In this document: piece after piece, positions 15,410 through 30,299 of the stretch
Numbering within the stretch: the stretch's first letter is position 1
Layout: every line of letters starts with the position of its first letter
Assembly: GCF_036321535.1 (NCBI RefSeq)
Contig: NC_087437.1
Location: 51,152,001 to 51,216,000 of the forward strand
Source: Camelus dromedarius
Taxonomy: Eukaryota
DNA: 64,000 bases
Direction of reading: 5' to 3'
Notes under the pieces: generated by a model
The model's input: only the letters and a program-made list of their open reading frames with translations
The model's database searches: none
What the model was told of the DNA's origin: nothing
Translations under genes and position numbers: made by a program

Positions 15410-16085
15410 TTTCTCATGTGTTGTTTAGCATCCTATTTTGAAATAATTTAAATCTTACAGAAAAGTTGTAGCAAAGGACTCTTAAGTCTTTAAAAAATTT
15501 TTAAAAAGCAACTCCAGTTTACTGAGGTATAACTGACATACAAAAAGCTGCACATATTTAAGGTTTATAATTAGGTTTTGACATGTAGATACCCATGAAA
15601 CCATCGCCAAACTCAAGATAGTGAACATATTCATCATCCCCAAAATTTTCCTGGTGCTCCTCTGTAGCGCATACCTCCTGCTTGTCCCCTATTCCTAGGC
15701 AACGTCTCTACTTTCTGTCAATATATGTAAAAATGAACCTATTTTCTAGAGTTTTACACTGATGGAATCATATAGCATATACTTTTTTGTTGTTCTGGCT
15801 TCCTTTACAGGAATAATTCTGTATAGTTATTCTGAAATTCACCCATGTAGTTTGTAGTTGTGTGTTTCAGCAATTTATTCCCTTATATGGGTGAAAAATA
15901 CTCCATTGTATGGATATACCATAATACATTTATCCATTCACCTAATGGACATTTGAGTTTTTCCTAGTTTTGGTTGCTACAAAAAAGATGCTGTGAACAT
16001 TTGTGTACAACTCTTTGTTTAGATGTGTTCTTTCATATCTGTCAGGTAAACACCTAGCAATGGAATGGCCAGATCATATGGTACA
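15410..16085 (-). mobile_element. Old LINE-1 3' end fragments
   Basis: tttactgaggtataactgacatac...ccattgtatggatataccat...ttatccattcacct pattern of L1M 3' UTRs. Confidence 0.8.
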
Positions 16086-16489
16086 CCAAACAGATGATTA
16101 TCTCCATATAAAGTACTCATTAAAGAAATTTAATATTAAAGAAAATTCTCATTAGCTGTGCATTTCTATGTAAATTCAGTTTCATTGTGACTATAACTTA
16201 TTGTACTTATTATATATTATTTGAAGGTTAAAAAATTTAAAAGTTAAAGTTTAAAGTTGTTATGAAGTTCCATTATCCTTCTAAAATTTTCTCAAAGTGA
16301 CCTTTTTCTACATAAATTTAAACATATTATGTGTCTGAATAAACTGCAATTTGCTTTCTTGACAAATGTTTGGCCTACCCCATGCAGAGATTCTTAATTT
16401 TCACCTTTTCTAGTCAGATGCTTTTAAGAATATAACAAAAATGGACCATTTCTTCTCAAAAAAAATTTCATTCACATACATATGTATAT

Positions 16490-16579
16490 TTTGTTGTTGT
16501 TAATGGAGGTACTGGGGATTGAACCTAGGACCTCATGCATGCTAAGCATGCGCTCTGCCACTGAGCTATACCTCCTCCT
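16490..16579 (-). mobile_element. tRNA-Ala-derived SINE (Vic-1-like)
   Basis: Reverse complement of the same head (ggtactggggattgaacc...ccactgagctata). Confidence 0.87.
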
Positions 16580-16889
16580 ATATATATTTTCGATATAATT
16601 TCAGGGAGTCATGAACCTCAACGCATGTAGATCCTAAAGCTCTGCTTCCTTGGTTAGAGGTAAAGATCTTTTATTCTCTACCAATAATTTGTTTATGTAT
16701 ACTGGTTATATACTTGTAATCAATATGCACATAATATTTTTACTTTCTTTATTTCATAAGTAAACAATTTTCATAGATAATTTTCTATACCTATATAATC
16801 TTCATTTATCTATCCTATTAATGGTTTGTATGTGTGATTTTTTTTTTTACACTATGAATTTTAAATCAATTTGCTCTAAGGGGCTTCTC

Positions 16890-18880
16890 CTTCTACAAGC
16901 TATACATAGCTTAAAAAACCTGGGCATTATATGTAAAACAAACATAAGATGACTCTGAAAGTCTGAGAGAAGAAAGCAGACCAGCTAGGAATGTTCGGAT
17001 ACAAGGAATGACATAGTGGTGAGTTCCCTGAGTTTTCTTTTGGCCTCATACTGCTCAGATTGGGCTCTGGCCAAGCTCACAACCCCAAAACACCAATGAA
17101 CTCAGATAAAACAGGCCTGTGCCCAAAAATGCTCTCTCAAGCCAAAGGACCAAGAAAGCACAGCCTAGCAAGATAGAAAACCTTTAAAGAATGACCACTA
17201 CTCCAGCCATAAACCTCAGAAAACCACTGTGGCCCAATCCCCAATCCTCAGCAAAGGCTAAACGGAGAGCCTGGACTTCCACCCTTGAAGACTGCAATTG
17301 GGCATCCCGATATCCCTGCCAGGTGTCAGAGGTCACGTGGGCAGCAATAATAAGACAACATTGCTCCTCCTAGCCAGGAGATTAGCAGGTATTAGCAGAG
17401 GTCAGCTGGGGAGCCGAACTCCCTGTCCTGCAGCAATAAGAGCCCTTATCCCCCAGTATCAAAGGAGGCTGAGTGGGGAACCTGGACTTCCACCCTCACC
17501 TGGCAGTAACGGTCAGAGCACTGTCAGAGGTAGCCTGCTAAATGGTTGATTTAATTAAGACCAAAGTCTCATAATGTAATATCTAAAATGTCCAGGTTCA
17601 TTTAAAAATCACTTTTCATACTAAGAACCAGAGAAATCTCAACTTAAATGAGAAAAGACAATTAACAGACACCAACATCAAGATGACAGTGACGTTAGAA
17701 TTATCTAACAAGCATTTTAAAGCAGCCATCATAAAAGTGCTTCAATGAGCACTTACAAATATGCTTGAAACAAATGAAAAATAATAGCACAGATACATAA
17801 AGGCTCAGAGAAACAGAAGACATCAAGAACAATGTAAACTTTAGAATGAAAAATAACCTAAATAAAAATACTGAATGGCTCAAGTAGAATGGAGAGGAAA
17901 GAAAATAATCAGTTAACTTGAGACAGAATAGCAATCACCCAACCTGGACAACAGAGAAAAAACAAACTTAAAAACAAAACTAACAGAGTTTCAAGGACCC
18001 ATGAGGTAATAACATATAATCTAACATCATGTCATCAGAGTCCCAGGAGGAAAGAAAAAAGGTGAGGCTGAAAAAGTATCTGAAGAAATAATGGCTGAAC
18101 ATTTCCCAAAACACATAAAACAGATTCAAGAAACTGAGTGAACCCCAAACAAGATAAACACAGAGATATCCTTGACAAGACATCAAGTCAAATTTCTGAA
18201 ACTGAAGACAAAGGAAAATATCTAGAAAGTAATAAGAGAAATGACATCTTACCTATAGGGGAAAAGCTATTTGAACAACAAAGGATTTCTCCTCAGACTA
18301 TAGAGGCCAAAAAAAAGAGGCACAATATTTTTCAATTGTTTAAAGAACTGCCAGCCTGGAATCTTATATCCAATGAAAACATCCTTCAGAAATGAAGGGA
18401 AGAAAAAAAATGAAAGGGAAATCAAAACATTCTCAGAACAAAGAAAAACATAAAAGCATTAGTCACTAGCTGAACTAAGTAGCTGGTAGCTAAAGGAATG
18501 GCTAAGGTAAGTTCTCTAAACACAAAGAAAATGATAGAGGAAATCTTGGAACATCAGGAAGAACAAAGGAAAAAATTAAAATTATGTGTTAACACAATAG
18601 ATTCTCCTTCTCTCTTGGAATTTTCTAAATTACATTTAATACTTGAAGCAAAAATTTTAACTGTGATATTCTAAATGTATATAGAGGAAATATTTAAGAT
18701 AATTATAATTACATTATAATTTGGGGAAAGTACTGGGACACTTCAGACTGGTAACATGACACCCAGCAGTAGACTGTGGTAAGTGATGTATATATAGCAG
18801 GACCCAGAGCATCCACTCAAAAGTTATATAGAGAGATATATACTCCAGAACACTACAGATAAATCAAAATGAAATTTCAG
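16890..18880 (+). mobile_element. Decayed LINE-1 5' region / ORF1 fragment
   Basis: A-rich sense strand with ORF1-like peptides (TIEAKKKRHNIFQLFKE...); many stops and frameshifts. Confidence 0.75.
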
Positions 18881-19260
18881 ATGAATCTGCAACAGTGACC
18901 GACCATTTTATTTCACTTGCAACCTTGTAAGGAAGAGACTGAAGATACCTTTCTAACCTAGCAAGAGAACTCAGTTTATGTACAGGTTAGGTCAGTGATA
19001 GATATCAGTGAAGTTACAGCGAGTAGGTTATCATAATGGTGAGCAAATTCAGCCTATAATAAACTATTTACAATTTCAGGTGAAAAAAAATTCTCTAACA
19101 TTTTTAACAAATGCTGTTTCCTACAGTAAACATCTGACTGATCTTTGCCATCTCAAGATTATAGGTTACATTTCACAGAAAATTAACTTTTGAAAAGCAT
19201 AAAATTAGAAAAGCTTCCTGCCAATAACTAGTAAGAAATTCAATTTTTAAATGAGATTCA

Positions 19261-19390
19261 AAGGGGGAGATATAGCTCAAGTGTTAGAGTGCCTGCTTAG
19301 CATACACAAGGTCCTGGGTTCAATCCCCAGGGCCTCCATTAAAAATAAATAAACCTAATTACCCTCCCCTAAAAATAAAAGATAAAAATA
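19261..19390 (+). mobile_element. tRNA-Ala-derived SINE (Vic-1-like, long form)
   Basis: Head plus aaacctaattaccctcccc unit; exact TSD aaatgagattca on both sides. Confidence 0.88.
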
Positions 19391-21117
19391 AAATGAGATT
19401 CAGAATATGCATAGCTCTAATTAACAAAACCTCTACCAAAATCTAGTCAGTATTCTAGCTTCCTTGTGCCAATGTTAATTGATAAATATTGTCTCTTTTA
19501 TCAGAGGATTACAAAGGTAATTAGATCAAAACTTAATATTTTCTATCATGATTTTATTAATAGTATTTCCCCCCCGATTTCTCACTAAAAATACCATATA
19601 CCTGACGATCTGGTTTTCTTTCATTTTAACCAAAAATGAAAGAAAGTATTTGGGGATAATAATTTTATCCTGCCATGGTTCTACAGGATTTTGATGACAG
19701 AATAGAAAGTACCACTTCCACATTTCTTACTACATGCTCCTTACTATGCTAAACACTCAAAACATACTTCCGTTATAAATCAGAAATAGGTGTGTTATCC
19801 CCATTTGGTGAGAGGTTAAGTAATACATCTTAGAAGTCACGAGTAAGTGGCAGAGCTGGGATTCAAATCCAGTCTAATTCCAAATACCATGCTGCCAGCC
19901 ATACTCTATTCAGCATGGACTTCAGTTTTTCTTTTTTTTTTTGGACTTCAGTTTCTTATCTGTAAAATGGGAATAACAGTTGTCTGACGGCACATCAAAA
20001 TGCCTTCCCAGATCCTCTGAACTCATGAGAAAGGTCTCCCCCAATGTCCTCTAGAGACTACTCAGCCCTTTCAGTGTGTATTAGATACGTGTATAATGTT
20101 TTCTCCTCAACTAAACTAAATGTGAAGTCAGAGTTCACTTCTGATTCATCCTAGTGGTCTACTCTGCCTTCATAAAACAGGCACTTAGTTGATGAATGAG
20201 GTAGTGCATTGGATTTGAAAGATATAAATCATACTGGCACCAAATTTTATACAGAAAGCAAACATTCCACAAAGAAAGAAAAAAGGGGGCTTAAGTTAAG
20301 AAAGCATAAAGGTCACAGTACAAGATACAGATCTCATTAGGAAAATTATACTCAAATCTGAGGAACACACAAATTATGGAATGATTATTTTACATAAGGA
20401 TTTTTTTCCAAAACTGAAGCTTTTTAGAGTTTATTTAAATGAGATTCCCTATTTGAATACATTTAAGTGCAATGGTATTTAAATGTGCAAAAACTGTGTA
20501 GTCTATAAAGAAATATATATAAAGATGTCCATGTGCCTCGAAATTCGCCATTAAACTTAAAAGAAGATGCATTTGTAATTTTTTAAAAAACCATCCACAA
20601 CATAGCTCATCCACAACATAACTGAGGGCAGGATTTTGATCATCTTGCTCACTAGATATATCCCTAGTCTCTAATACAGTGCCTAGTAGTCTAATCTGAA
20701 TAGCACTCAAGTACTGACTCAAGAGGAGGATACAGAACCAGATCCAAATCTGCAATTACTTAGAACTTTCCCATGCTAGATTAGGCTGGTTTATAAGGAC
20801 TGGAGGACACACTATTCTGACTACTCCTCATGATATGTACTCTGTGCCAGTTAAGTATGTATAAATGACCGACAGTTAAAAGATATAACCTAAAACTGCA
20901 AGGCTTTACAAATGTATAAATTCTAAAGTAGATATAGATTAGTTACTAGCGTTGTTTCAATGTTAATTACCTGGCTTTGATAACTGTACTAGTGTGGTTC
21001 TGTAGTCAACAGTAGGGTGAAGGGTATATAGAAACTCTTTGTACTAATTTTGCAGCTATTTGTTAAATCTAAAATTATTTCAAAATGAAGTTAACAATTT
21101 AAATTAGAAATACTTAC

Positions 21118-21188
21118 TGCACCAAGTGATGGTCCATATCTTCCTGTGGCAACTTTACACACATAACTGACAAAATTGGAAATAACAC
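21118..21188 (-). CDS. PARL: PARL exon 7
   Basis: (G)VISNFVSYVCKVATGRYGPSLGA; 71 nt; donor CA|GTAAGT. Confidence 0.98.
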
Positions 21189-22644
21189 CTGAGAAATAAA
21201 ACACATTTCAGTAATTGTAGTGAGGTAGAAAAATGGCTTCCATTTCTGACCTCCACCCAACAGAGACTAATAAAGCTGGGTGTCTACCTGGGTCACTGTA
21301 AGGTGCAGGCATAAACACTTATCCTGCCTATCACTTCAGGTATTTTATAGGGAAAGAGAAGTCTGACCCGCTGCACACTTACCAAGTGACACAGAGTCAT
21401 TCACTTTATCTCTCAGTGATCATTTTCCTCATTTACACTGTGTGAAGACTGACTAGTTCCCAAACTCACCAACTGTCTGGGAAATCTGTGGGCTGCCCTC
21501 TAGACAGTAAATCAGAATCTCTGGGATGGGACCAGGGAGTCTGTATTTTACCCAGCTTGCCAGATGAATCTGTTGCAGATCTAGACCAGGTGATCTTTTA
21601 CAGGTCCCTTTGGCACCAATGTCATCTGAGCTCAGTATGGCTCATTTTAAAAAAACAACTTCCTACAGAGCAGGAATTAATGGTACTTGAAACAGACTCT
21701 CTGTACCTACAACAATACAACCAATGCTTGGAGAAAGAACACACTAATAGTCCAAAAATATTGCTCAGCTTCTGTTTTCAGGGACTAGATGCATATGATT
21801 ATTTAATTAACACTGATTAAGTACCCACTCCGGGCCTTTTGGTAGATGCTTCTATTTAGTCCCTTCTAAAACCCCATGTCATGAGAGTTTAAGTCTCATC
21901 CTTAGAGAGGTATACTCTTTCCTGCAACATCACACAGCTGGTAGCAGAAATAGGATCTGAATCTAGGTCTTCTATCTCCAAGCTCGGTGCCTTTTCACTA
22001 CAGCACAACTGCCAGATATACTGTTTTTAAATGAAGGGATTTTAGGAATGAATTTTTATGCTTTATGATTTTAATTAAGGACATTTTGCAAACAGAGAGA
22101 TAATGACATTTTGCAAACAGAGATAAGTAAAATTTAATCAACCAATTGCCGATTAAGCGGGAACCTGGAATCCTGCACTATCACTTCCTAGTTGAAATAA
22201 GGAAATGATGCTATCTCCGGAAACATGACTAGAGTGGTTCCATGCTAACATACAGGCTTGCAACAAAGAGAATAAACTCATTCTTGACAATCTTACTGGA
22301 TAGGTCTAATCTAAAGCTTTCTGGAAACTAAACATATGGGGGAAATGACCTTAAGTTTATTTAACAAAGATCCAAATGACTGAGGCAGCTGGGAAGTCTG
22401 GAAACCACTAGTCTATAAAATGGTGGGTCTGAGCTAAAGAAAAACCAAGGTCTAGTGAGATAAAAATGACGTGCTTAAATTCTACACCACTTTGTGGTAT
22501 CCTTCTCTATACACAATTTGAGAAACAAATATGTGCTGAGAACTTACTGTATGTAGAATATGGCTATAATCATTCCCTCTCTCCCTTCTCCAGACAGGTG
22601 AGAGCACTTATACTCTGAAAGGACTTGAGATGAAAGCTTATTAC

Positions 22645-22794
22645 CTGCAGATAAGTACACTGCCATGAACTGCTCTTGACCCAGAATGTTCACTATGCTG
22701 GAAGAGAAGCTCCACAAAACATACATATTTGCTGCCATGTGAAACAAGGAGAAATGACTGAATGTTGACAGCAACATTGGCGAACAAAGGGCCT
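22645..22794 (-). CDS. PARL: PARL exon 6
   Basis: (K)ALCSPMLLSTFSHFSLFHMAANMYVLWSFSSSIVNILGQEQFMAVYLSA(G); rhomboid HxxxxHxxxN motif; 150 nt. Confidence 0.98.
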
Positions 22795-23357
22795 CTACGA
22801 GAAAAAGAAAAAGTCTGATAACTGTAGAACACATAGCCAGTAAAAATTAGCCACTTTAGAGTTTTTTTCATTATTATTATGAAATCAAATATGAGAAACA
22901 AACCAGAGCCAGTTAAAAGCTTAGGTAAGATGGTTTAAGACAGCATTTTTCAAAATGGCGAAAAGCCCTTAAATCTCTGTTCTACTTTAAGCAATCAATA
23001 ATAATTCTCAATTCAATGAAAGCAACTTGTTCTTATGGAAAAAGTTGGCTAGAAAAAAGAATTAGTAAATTGTATGTAATAGTCTCCTCAAAGAATAAAC
23101 TTGGAGTGAGTACGGATCTTAAGTCATTAAAAAATACCTCAATATCTACTATGTGTAAGGCAGATTTTTAGAAACCTGGATATAACAGTAAGAGAAATGA
23201 GGTTCCTGTCCTCCAAGAGCTTACAGCCTATCCTCTAGATTTTGCTTATAATTACTGACAAGTAACTCATCTTTTTAAATAGTACTCCAATTAACATAAA
23301 GTTTCTTTCTTTCATATTACCTCTACTTCAAAATAAAATTACACAAGTTAGACTTAC

Positions 23358-23453
23358 TTGAGGCTGGGCTGGATGTGAAATATCTGATCATTGTCCGCTG
23401 TAGAGAAGGGACTCTCCACAAACAGAATACAAAAACATTTGCAGCTATGATAC
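23358..23453 (-). CDS. PARL: PARL exon 5
   Basis: (G)IIAANVFVFCLWRVPSLQRTMIRYFTSSPAS(K); 96 nt; donor AA|GTAAGT. Confidence 0.98.
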
Positions 23454-25939
23454 CTACAAAATAAATATTTGTAATTTAAGGAAGCTAAAAATAAAAGCAA
23501 AGAAAAATCTGATCAAAAGTCCACCTGAGGAAGATTTTCTACCACAATTATTTAAGAGTATTATATACTTGGGTTGGGAGAGGAGTAAGCTAAGAAAATT
23601 AAGTGAAATCAATGTTCGAGTATCAAAACTGTCATGGGCTGGCAAAGTCAAAATTTCTGGAAAACTACAGGTGCTCTAAGGGGCTAACTTCCTTCACTCA
23701 GATTGATATTTTATTTCTTTAGAACAGTTTACTCTTCACAATAAACAATAATCAGATCTATAATTATTTGAAAATAGCCAAGCCAAAGACAGAAGTAATG
23801 CACAGAATTCTTTCTTTGGCCAAGAGTAGAAAAGCAAAATAACTGCTTCTTTTTCCGCAGGGAATGGTATGCTTCTTAAGCTTCTGGACAGCTTATGGAA
23901 ATATCGATGGATCATCTGTGAAGATGAAGATCCACATGTCTGAGAAAAATACTCATCAGACAAGAATTCAGGAATAATCTGGAAGAATTTTGCAACTGCT
24001 TTTGAAAATATGTCTACATGTGGGAGGTCTGGTGACTATTTCATTTTTCTGCAAGAACTAATGTTGCTAGAACTACCACTAAATTGAGTTTATTTAATGG
24101 CAGAATTTACTATTTAGTCACATTTTAGAGAAGAAATTAATTTATTCTTAAAAACTACATTTATGTACCACAACTCCTTACACATAGTAGGCACTCAACT
24201 ACTTGAATTAGTTAAAGAAATTTAAACATTTATTCGTTCCTCTAGTCTCTTTAGTCAATAGGCAACTAGCCCTTTCAACTTCTTCAATGATATTAAGGAA
24301 TGATCCCAGCAATATAAATAGGGTTTATTTTAGCAGATACTCACTGAATAGTCCCTGCCAGCAGCTACTTCTGCGAGTTACCTTTGGCTTCCATATTTGC
24401 TCACTCTGTGAGGCACTCAGTTATCTGGTGGATTCCCAGTCTCTCCAGTTTCTGCTCTCCCACTTGTGAGTTAGGAAGGGAAGCTACTATTTTTCATAGA
24501 TTCTTGAGATATTTTTCCCCATTATCTGAAATCATTTGCATCTTACAATTGGTGGTGTGTCACAGGAATTGGTAGTATTTTTCCTTTCTTAATAGCACAT
24601 TAAATGGTGTTTTACTACATCTAACTGAATTGATCCTATCAATTTTATCAGATGCCCTACTAGTGAGGACCGTGACTGTGACAGCTATTATACCATCTCT
24701 AGTAAAATAACTACAACTCTTTCCAAGATTGTGTGAGGGACAGTATTTATGAAAAAAATGGGGGCAAGGAGTCATAAGCAAGGCAAGTAAGAGTACCGTG
24801 TGTACCTCCCAATGAGGAACCTGGGACCCTGGGCAGGGCAGGTGGGCAGAGGAAGGGCAGGGCCTCTTCCACTGGAGGAACAGTCCTCAGGGGTTTATCC
24901 GAAAGGAAGTGAGCAGTGATTACTGTTACCTGGGGTTCTTTAGTTTCTTTTGGGAGAGTTCAACATCTTTACTAGCCCAGAGAACACTTAGGTCTAGATC
25001 ACTGTACATGTTTGGTATCTCAGGGTAAAGAAGACTTGAGAACAGTTTGTCCCCAGACTTCCATGGTCATAAAGATCAGTCAGGGCTTTGCAGTTTGCTC
25101 CAATTGTGGTTCACTGCAAGGAGAGCAAGATGGGGTCCCTGATCCTGCCTGCTGAAAAATGGCAACAACTTCTCTGCCTACTCTGCCAGTTCCACAGGCT
25201 ACTTTCTGAAACCAGTGACATACAGCACATACTTCTGGAAACTGCACGCACCACAGCACTGTAGAAAAAGAAGAGAGCCTCTCTGGCTGAGGAGATTACA
25301 ACTAGGGAAAAGACTTGAAAAGGGGGAAGATAACCAAAGATATCCAGGTTAACTAACAGTAGCCAGAGAGTTAACACTGCCAAGTTTTCAACCTAAATGC
25401 AAGAAGCCTTTCTGGTAAATTATAAACATGCTGCAGCCAAACCCTTCACTTCACCGATCAGTGGTCTATGATTAGGTATCCCATTAGTAAACAACTGAAC
25501 ATGCATACCCAAATTATGTACATGAACCACTGGAATTCATTATAAAACACACTAACAAAAAAAATGAGAAAAGTAAAATGCAGATATTTTCTTCCTTGCA
25601 TATCCCATTCTGAAAGCCACTTATAGATGAGAAAACTGAGATTCTAAGAGGTATAAGTTTTCAGAAAGCCAGATTCAGTGGCCAAGTCATAATTCCTTAT
25701 CTAGTGCTCTTTCTACTAGACAGACATGGGTAGCCAAGAGTATTTCTTTTGACTTTGGTCACTCCAGAACTTCAGACACCAGACAAAGGGCCCCTTATCT
25801 GGGAACGAGAATATGTTGATCCCCAAAAGCAACTGAGCAGGAGAGGAGGTGTGACAACCCTAGGCTTGCTGATGAAGCACTGTACATCGTCTAAAGGTAT
25901 AGGTGAAAGAGCCCAGCAGGACAGAATCTGTCCTATGAC

Positions 25940-26275
25940 ACTGTAACTTGGGCAAGAGGCCTTACCTCAGTTTCCTCTTCTGTAAAATGGGGGCAACACA
26001 GTCTACCTTGAAGAGTTGAGTGATTAAATGAGAAAGCATGAGTAAATGTGGTCACACAGTGACAACTCGGTAACTGAAAATCATGGTAGAAAGGGAATGG
26101 CTTTCTCAGGTCTGAATCCTAGGTATGCCACTTAGCAGCTTTGTGGCCTATAGCATTTCATCCCCTTCACTTCAGTTTCCTCTTCTGTAAAGTGAAAATA
26201 CTTCCTATACATCATAAAGATTGTAGTGAGGCTTGAGTAAGATAGTAGATGCACCTAACATACAGATGCTCAAAG
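25940..26275 (+). mobile_element. Two adjacent MIR SINE fragments
   Basis: Core cctcagtttcctcttctgtaaaatggg and cttcagtttcctcttctgtaaagtg. Confidence 0.7.
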
Positions 26276-27092
26276 AAAGTGGTTCCCTCCCTCAGAAGTA
26301 GGACTTCTGTCAGAAATAATTACAGACAAGTGTTTAAGTTTGCAGCTACCTGAGGTGATGGATAGTATTTGAGGCAAACAAGAGACTAAACAAAAACCTT
26401 AAAAGGAGAAGCTGAGGAACGAGATGTCCACAGGGGCTAACAATACCTTCAACATATTCCTGGGACCTAGAAAGCCGCAAGAATAAGACAAAATAGACTT
26501 TAAGACAGTATCTGTTACCAGAGATAAAGAATGGCATTATATAATGATAAAATTATGGGTCCAAAAAAATCTTGATATCCACCAAGAAGACATAACAATT
26601 ACAAACACATGCTTTTAACAAAATCCCCCAAAATATATGAAGCAAAAATTACAGAACTTAAATGAGAAATAAATGATTTAATAATAGTTGGAGACTTCAA
26701 TACTTCATTTGGGATAATGGATAGAATAATTAGATGATAAGACAAGAAACAGAAGACTTAAAACACTGTAAACCAACTAGACCTAACAGGTACCTATAGA
26801 ACACACAAAAAGAGAATACACATTCTTCTCAAGTGCACATGGAACATTATCCTGGACAGACCATATGTTCAGCCACAAACCAAGTCTCAATAAATTGTCA
26901 AAACACTGAAATTATACAAAGTATGTTCTCAGACCACAATGGAATAAAATTATAAATCAATAATATATTTGAAAAATTCATAAGTATGTGGAAATTAACA
27001 TACTTCTAAATAACCAATGGGTCAAAGAAGAAATCACAAGGAAAATTAGAAAGTATTTTGAAACAAATGAAAACAAAGAAAACAGCATACCT

Positions 27093-27440
27093 ACTATGGA
27101 CTGAACTGATTTATATGCTGAAGCCCTAACCCTTAATGGGATGTTATCTGAGGATGGGCCCTTTGGAGGTAATTAGATTTAGAATAGGTCATGAGGTAAG
27201 GCTCTCATGATGGGATTAATGTCCTTGTAAGCGAGATACCAGAGAGCTTGCTCTTGCTTTCCTTGCCATATGAAGACACAGCAAGAAGATGGCAGTCTTA
27301 GCCGAGAGCTCTCACCAGAAACCAACCACGCTGGCACCTTGCTCTTGCACTTTTAGCACCTAGAATTGTGAGAAAATTAATTTATGTTGTTTAAGCCACC
27401 CAGTCTATGGTATTTTGTTATGGCAGCCCAAGCTAAGACA
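27093..27440 (+). mobile_element. MaLR LTR (MLT1A-like) nested in L1
   Basis: tactatggactgaa...taagccacccagtctatggtattttgttatggcagcccaagctaagaca; L1 resumes afterwards. Confidence 0.8.
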
Positions 27441-27981
27441 ATAGTAAAACTTACAGGGTATAGCAAAAGCAATGCTGTGAGTGCCTACACTAAAAAAGAT
27501 CTCAAATCAATAACCTAAACTTCCACTTTAAAAAACTAGGGAGGAAAAAAAAAGGAAGCAAAGCAGGTCCAAAGCAAGCAGAAGGAAGGAAATAAGAAAG
27601 AGTTTGGATAAATGACATAGAGAATAGACAAAGAAAAATCAATGAAACCAAAAGTTGGTTCTTTGAAATGATCAACTGACAAACTTACAGCTAGACTGAC
27701 AAAGAAAAAAAGACTCAAAATCACTCAAATCAGGAAAGAAAGTGGAATGTTACTACTGACCTTACAGAAAAAAAAAAGGTTAAGAGAATACTATGAACAA
27801 ATATATACCAACAAATGAGAATAACTTAGATGAAACTGATAAATTCCTAGAAAGATACACATTATTGAAACTGACTCAAGAAGAAACAGAAGATCTAAAT
27901 AGGCCTATAAGAAGTAAAGGTATTGAATTAATTATCCAAAAAACTCCCGTAAAGAAAAACCCAAGACCAGATGGCTTTACT

Positions 27982-28433
27982 GATACATTACTTCCTGAGA
28001 GCTGCTGTAATAAATTACCACAAACGTGGGGGCTTAAAACAGAAATGTATTCTCTTACAGTTCTGGAGGCTAGAAATTTGAAATCAGGTTGTTGGCTAGG
28101 CCATGCTTCCTTATGAAGAATCTAGGGAAGATTCCTTCCTTCTTTCTTCTCAGCTTCTGGTGGCCCTTGGCACTGCTTAGCTTGTAGTGACATCACTCTG
28201 TCTCTGCCTCCATCTCTTCAAATGGCCTTCTTTTTCTGCATGTGTCTTTCTGTCCTCTTCTCTTGTTATAAGGACACAAATCATTGAATTTAGGGCCCAG
28301 CTTAATCAAGTATGATCTCACTATTTCAATTAAGATAATACTCAACTTCTGGGTACATATGCAAAGACCCTATGTCAAATAACAGTTTCTGGGTGGACAC
28401 GAATTCTGGGAAACACTGCTCAACTTACTACAA
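27982..28433 (-). mobile_element. MaLR LTR (MLT1-like) nested in L1
   Basis: gctgctgtaataaattaccacaaac...tctcttacagttctggaggctagaa; interrupts L1 right after the PDGFT codons. Confidence 0.8.
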
Positions 28434-30299
28434 CTGATGAATTCTAGCAAATATAAAAGAGAATTAACACCAATTCTTTTCAAACTCTTCCAAAAAACAG
28501 AGGAGAAAGGAACATTTCTCAACTCATTCTATGCAGCCAGTATTACCTTGATATCAAAACCAGACAAAGGACATTACAAGAAAATTACCAATATCTATTA
28601 TGAACATAGATGGAAAATCCTCAACAAAATATAGCAAATAAAATCCAGCAGCATATAAAAAAAGAATCAGAAACCATGACCAAGTGGAATTCATTCAGGA
28701 ATGCAAGATTGGTTCAACATATGATAATCAATGTAATCCTCCCTATTTACAAAGTTGGAAGACTCACAATTCCCAGTTTGAAAATTTACAACACAAAGCT
28801 ACAGTAATCAAGACAGTATGTCATAAGGATACACATACAAATCAATGGAATAGAATTGAGAGTCAAGAAGTACATCCATACATCTGTGGTTAATCGGGTT
28901 TTGTTTGTTTGTTTTAACATCTTGGTCAATTGATTTTTTATTGTGGTCCCAAGACAATTCAATGGGGAAAAGAAGTCTTAACAAATGGTGCTGTAACAAC
29001 TAGACGAAACAAAAACAAACAAAAGAATATGGATGCTTTCCTAAACTGTATATAAACATTAATTCAAAATGAATCAAAGATCTAAATATAAAAGCTGAAA
29101 CTATAAAACTCCAAAACACAGGTGTGAATTTTTGTGATCATGGCACCTAAAGCACAATAAAATAAAAAGTAGATAAAATGGACTTCATTAAAAAGTTCAC
29201 GCTTCAAAGAACACTTTAAAGTGATGACAACTCATAAAATAGGAAAAAATATTTGCAAATCATGTATCTAATAAGGGCCTATATTCAGAATAAAGAATTC
29301 TTACAACTTACCAAAAGACAATTTTAAAAATGGGCAAACTATTTTAAAAGACATTTCTCCAAAGAATAAATGGACACTCGCACATGAAAAGATGCTTAGA
29401 ATCACCAGTCATTAGGAAACGCAGTCAAAACTGTGAGATACCACTTGCCACACATTAAAATGGCTATTATTCAAAAAAAAAAACAAAAAGAAAAATAACA
29501 AGTATTGGCAAGGATATAAATTGGAACTCCTGTACATTGCTAGTGGGAATGTAAAGTGGTGCCGCTACTGTGAAAAATAGCTCAGCAGTTCTCAAAAAGT
29601 TAAACATAGAATTAGCATATGATTCAGCAATTCCATTTCTACATATATACTGTAAATATATATACTCCAAATAATTGAAAGTAGGAACTCCAAACAGACT
29701 TGTACAAGAATGTTCTTAGCAGCATTATTCACAATAGCCAAAAGGTGGAAACGAACCAAATGCTCATCAACAGATGAATGAACAAAATGTGATGTATACA
29801 CACAATATTATTTACCCTTAAAAAAATGATATTCTGATACATGCTAAACCTGGAAAACAGTATGCCAAACAACAGAAGCCAGACACAAAACCAGATTTTA
29901 TAATTCCAATTACATGAAGTAAAGGCAAATTTATAGAAACAGAAAGTAGAATGGTGGTTACCAAAGGCTAAGTAAGAGGTGGGGGAAATGGGAAGTTATT
30001 ATTTAATGGCTACAGAGTTGCTGTCTGGGATGATGAAAAAGTTCTGGAAATAGATAATGATGACAGCTGAACACTGTAAATATATTTAATGTCACTGAAT
30101 CATACACTTAGTGGCTAAAATGATAGATTTTATGTTATGTATAGTTTACCACAATAAAAAAGATACAAAAAGATAATTGTAGTTGCTGATTCATTAGAAA
30201 AAAAGACAGGCAATAAACAAACAGCATCCTCATACATTACCTAAGTAATGTAAAATGGTACAGCCACTTTAGAAAACAATTTGGCAATTCTTCAGAAAG

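Larger units (their letters stand above)
26490..30170 (+). mobile_element. Decayed LINE-1 ORF2 (endonuclease to RT start, internal deletion) and 3' UTR, with two nested MaLR LTRs
   Basis: Endonuclease motifs (gttggagacttcaatac; tacacattcttctcaagtgcacatgg; tcagaccacaatggaataaaa), NLDETDKFLE...PRPDGFT, ELTPILFKLFQK...NSFYAASITLISKPDK; 3' tail near 30155-30170. Confidence 0.9.

Noticed and set aside
16890..30170. One full-length L1 made of the ORF1 piece (16890) and the ORF2 piece (26490)
   Set aside because: PARL exons 5-7 lie between them, so they are separate insertions; both are full of stops.
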